NCBI RefSeq assembly: GCF_009914755.1
Contig: NC_060927.1
From: the human T2T-CHM13v2.0 reference genome, Homo sapiens
DNA: 64,000 nt
Reading direction: 5' to 3' (one strand)
The notes beneath the pieces were generated by a model. That model was given only the letters and a program-made list of their open reading frames with translations, was not told the origin of the DNA and made no database searches. Of the stretch, positions 62,557 to 64,000 are shown one piece after another (the first letter of the stretch is position 1; each line of letters begins with the position of its first letter). The position numbers were made by a program, and so were the translations under genes.

Positions 62557-63006
62557 TAAGGGACCTGGATTTAGAGTCTGACTTTCCCACGGTATGATTC
62601 ATCCATTTTGCTGTCTTCTTAGTTCTCATGGAAGGAAGCAACTTAATACACACAGCTTGGGAGGATGCCAGACATTCTTCTCCACCAAACGTGACATTCT
62701 GTGGCTGGGCACGCTGGCTATTTAAAGGTTCCCTTCCCACATCTGAGCCCCAGTGTAGAGACATCATGTTTGGCTGACAGGTAGAGGGAGACAGGCTAGG
62801 CATATTCTGTACACTTTGTTGGTGGGCCTGTAACATGGTCCTCTTTCTAGAAACCATGTTTAGTAATAGTATCAAAAGCTTTAAAAATGTCTTTTGCCCT
62901 TCTAATAATTACACTTTGAGGATCCTCTCTTAGGGAACTGAAAGGCCATCAGAGATTTATGCCCAAATATATCTGCTACAGTTTAACTGTAAAAATAAAA
63001 ATTAGG

Positions 63007-63222
63007 CCAGCCTGGGCAACATGGCGAAACTCCATGTTTACAAGAAATACAAAAATCAGCCAGGTGTGGTGGTGTGCACCTGTAGTCCCAGCTACTTGGG
63101 AGGCTGAGGTGGGAGGATCATCTGAGCCCAGGGAGGTCGAGGCTGCAGTGAGAGGAGATCGTGCCACTGCACTCCAGCCTGGGTGACAGAGAGAGACCCT
63201 GTCTCAAAAATAAATAAATAAA
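63007..63222 (+). mobile_element. 5'-truncated Alu (J-type)
   Basis: TSD AAAATAAAAATTAGG on both sides. Confidence 0.92.
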
Positions 63223-63487
63223 TAAAATAAAAATTAGGAATGACCTGAATGTCCAATATATAGGAATAAGTAGATAATAGAAAATGAAGTGAAAGTGATC
63301 CCAATTTATTAAAATTATGTTTATAGTGTTTTTAGTAGTATGGAAAAAAATATATATATTAGGGTAAAATATCAGGATACAGTAGATTACATATTTAAGG
63401 AAAAAACACTAAGAAAAAAGACTGGCAAGAAATAGGCTAAAATGTTCATAGTGGATGTCTCTGAGTAGTGCTACTTAAGGTGATTAA

Positions 63488-63838
<351 letters not shown>

Positions 63839-64000
63839 TAAGGAGAACATATTACTTTGATAATCAGGGAAAATGACGTTAAATATTTTAAAAAGGGGAA
63901 AAAAAGATAGGGCAGTTGCCTATTTTAGGTTGGGCCCCAAAACGAAGCTGGCGGGTCACTCGGGGGTTAGGTCTAGGCTTCAGGCTCAGCAGTTTGATTT

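Overview
Human (or near-identical hominid) genomic DNA, recognisable as the 3q29 LSG1-FAM43A locus. The left 24.4 kb holds coding exons 1-11 of LSG1 (minus strand; circularly permuted 60S-maturation GTPase; the remaining 3' exons lie left of the window). All splice junctions were read by hand and join in one frame. Intron 10 (1401-3476) is a rare U12-type AT-AC intron. A CpG-island promoter follows at ~24.2-24.9 kb. The intronless FAM43A gene (+, CDS 37405-38676) sits in a second CpG island, with a long uORF-containing leader and a 3'UTR rich in regulatory motifs. The rest is intronic/intergenic DNA dense in Alus (~30), with one young 5'-truncated L1, old L1M/L2/L3/MIR, MaLR LTRs, hAT MITEs and microsatellites. 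Most entries in the ORF track are Alu-, microsatellite- or GC-shadow artefacts. I found no convincing novel multi-gene system. The best leads are the splicing architecture around the AT-AC intron, an unexplained ~91-bp diverged inverted repeat at 51.3/52.4 kb, an unidentified mRNA-like insert at 15.7-16.1 kb, and the FAM43A leader. Repeat subfamily names are by-eye calls, not RepeatMasker results.
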